This document shows, piece by piece, positions 62,325 through 64,000 of a stretch of 64,000 nucleotides of DNA (the stretch's first letter is position 1; each line of letters starts with the position of its first letter). The stretch is taken from contig AWSN01000001.1 of assembly GCA_000505065.1 (NCBI GenBank), positions 132,247 to 196,246 on the forward strand, given 5' to 3'. The stretch comes from Parcubacteria bacterium RAAC4_OD1_1 (GTDB lineage: Bacteria > Patescibacteriota > Minisyncoccia > Phycocordibacterales > UBA9973). The translations under genes and the position numbers were made by a program. Under the pieces are notes generated by a model, which was not told where the DNA came from, searched no databases, and was given only the letters and a program-made list of their open reading frames with translations.

Positions 62325-62423
62325 ATCTTTAATTTTTAAATTAATATTTCAAAATTTCATTTATATTATATTATAAAAACAAAAAACAGGGTAGCCTTTC
62401 GACCACCCCAATTTCTTTTTGCT

Positions 62424-62636
62424 CTATATCAATTTATTTTTTGTTAATGATATAGAGATCAGCATGATTCCCAACAGCAAACCTCCAACACTAATTAGCA
62501 TCGGTATGTTATTGGGAAGTTTCTCTACAATTTCAAGGGTTTTTAATACCCCAAAATCTTGGAGTAAAACATATCCCCCACAGATTAAAAACAGGACTCC
62601 AATAACAAACAGGAGCCACAATAGTTTTGTTTTCAT
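62424..62636 (-). CDS. Small two-TM protein
   Basis: Hydrophobic 70 aa. Confidence 0.55.
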   Translation of the reverse strand: MKTKLLWLLFVIGVLFLICGGYVLLQDFGVLKTLEIVEKLPNNIPMLISVGGLLLGIMLISISLTKNKLI

Positions 62637-62692
62637 GATTACTATTTTTAAATTTCAATTTTATATTACCACTAAGAGATTTTATGTCAAGA

Positions 62693-63661
62693 TTATTCTT
62701 CTTCTGAATCCCCTACTTCACCAGAAGCTAGAGCGCTGATTATTTTATCTATGTTTCCATCCATAACCCCCTCTATGTTTGACCAAGATTGCTTAATCCG
62801 ATGATCTGTAATTCTGTCTTGTGGAAAATTATAAGTTCGGATTTTCTCACTTCTATCGGCTGTGCCTATTTGGTTCTTTCTTTCACCTGAGTACTTTTTA
62901 GCTTCTTCTTCATCTTTAAGAAGTTGAAGTTTAGACATTAAAATTTCCATTGCTTTTTCTCTGTTTGCAAGTTGTTTCCTTTCTGTAGTGCATCTCACAT
63001 CTATTCCTGTGGGCTTGTGTATGAGACGAACTGCTGTTTCAACTTTGTTCACATTTTGCCCTCCTGCTCCACCTGATCTTGAATACTCCATTTCAATATC
63101 TCCTGGATTTATTATTACAGTAGTTTTCTTTTTCATTGGAAGAATAGCCACAGATGCTGTTGAAGTGTGTATTCTACCATTTTTTTCTGTAGCTGGGACA
63201 CGTTGCACTCTATGAACTCCAGTTTCAAAGCGGAGTAATTTATAACAATCCTTACCTTTTATTTCAAAAGAAGCTTCTTTATATCCCCCAGCATCGCTTG
63301 ATGATTCATTTAATATTTTCCAACTCCAACCTTTTTCTTCTGTCCATCTTTCGTACATATGAGCTAGTTCCCAAGCAAAAAGAGAAGCTTCATCCCCCCC
63401 TGCTCCAGCACGTACTTCTAATATTAATTCATTTGGGAATTCTTCTTCTTCTTTGTTAGATTTCATTATTTCCTCGATTTGTCTTTCTATTGCTTCTTTT
63501 TGAAAAATAAGATTTTGTAATTCTTCATCAACTAAATCTTTTAAAGATTCATCTTCTTTAAGCATTTCTTTTATTTTATCTTCTTCATTCAAAAGTCGCT
63601 CGTATTCTCCTGCGAAATAACTTGTTTTGTGATCTTTTTTTAGTTCTTCTAGATTTTCCAT
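62693..63661 (-). CDS. prfA: Peptide chain release factor 1
   Basis: [14 protein letters not shown] (PxT), [12 protein letters not shown]. Confidence 0.96.
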   Translation of the reverse strand: MENLEELKKDHKTSYFAGEYERLLNEEDKIKEMLKEDESLKDLVDEELQNLIFQKEAIERQIEEIMKSNKEEEEFPNELILEVRAGAGGDEASLFAWELAHMYERWTEEKGWSWKILNESSSDAGGYKEASFEIKGKDCYKLLRFETGVHRVQRVPATEKNGRIHTSTASVAILPMKKKTTVIINPGDIEMEYSRSGGAGGQNVNKVETAVRLIHKPTGIDVRCTTERKQLANREKAMEILMSKLQLLKDEEEAKKYSGERKNQIGTADRSEKIRTYNFPQDRITDHRIKQSWSNIEGVMDGNIDKIISALASGEVGDSEEE

Positions 63662-63681
63662 AGTATTTACATTATAACAAA

Positions 63682-63792
63682 AAAATCATAAATAGTCTTA
63701 TCAAAGGGGCTTTAGAACTCGACGGAGCGAGAACCGCGTAAATTTTTTACTAAAAATTTACGCGCCCTTTGAGAAGAGCTATTTATGATTTT
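63682..63792. repeat. 111-bp long-hairpin element between rpmE and prfA
   Basis: AAAATCATAAATAG/CTATTTATGATTTT, TCAAAGGG/CCCTTTGA, inner CGCGTAAATTTTT-TACT-AAAAATTTACGCG. Confidence 0.8.
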
Positions 63793-63797
63793 AGTAT

Positions 63798-64000
63798 CTA
63801 TTTCTTTGATTTTGTTTTTGCTACAGCTACACGCTTTTTGAAGCGGTCTACACGTCCAGCTGTGTCTATAACCTTTTCATTCCCTGTAAAGAAAGGATGG
63901 CATTTACTACAAATTTCAACATCTATTTTATCCATAGTAGAACCAACATTAAAGACTGCTCCACATGCACATGTGACTTCTGATTTGCTATTATATTTTG
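63798..64000 (-). CDS. rpmE: 50S ribosomal protein L31 (5' end outside window)
   Basis: Manual translation VTCACG...[30 protein letters not shown]. Confidence 0.93.
   Translation of the reverse strand, partial: KYNSKSEVTCACGAVFNVGSTMDKIDVEICSKCHPFFTGNEKVIDTAGRVDRFKKRVAVAKTKSKK

Overview
Low-GC chromosomal segment of a small-genome bacterium. Gene set, short ValS/AtpH and AT-rich SD-poor starts suggest Patescibacteria/Parcubacteria (inference); genetic code 11. It holds mostly housekeeping genes: leuS (partial), murJ, lepA, valS, tsaD, cmk, murE/D/C, PBP2, greA, lysS, mraZ-rsmH-ftsL-ftsI-murF, rsmI, ctpA, rplI, rpmA, rarA, pyk, eno, a PIF1-like helicase, an ABC-F ATPase, the full atp operon, prfA and rpmE (partial), plus 5 intact tRNAs. 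No transposase, integrase, CRISPR or rRNA is visible. The notable signal is non-protein structure. (1) About 15 GC-rich palindromic units with 3-nt loops sit in frame inside at least 7 genes, with one near-identical unit shared by two unrelated genes. (2) A ~105-120 bp structured element occurs in three copies, one translated inside tsaD. (3) A complete tRNA-Arg(CCU) is nested in an inverted repeat inside the shell of a second tRNA. (4) That shell and the tRNA-Phe 3' duplication share a structured motif. (5) An aromatic-codon leader-peptide attenuator precedes an unknown gene. (6) Also seen: a codon-mosaic Cys-rich gene, a barrel-only pyruvate kinase, a dif-like site at the strand switch, and widespread leaderless-type promoters.
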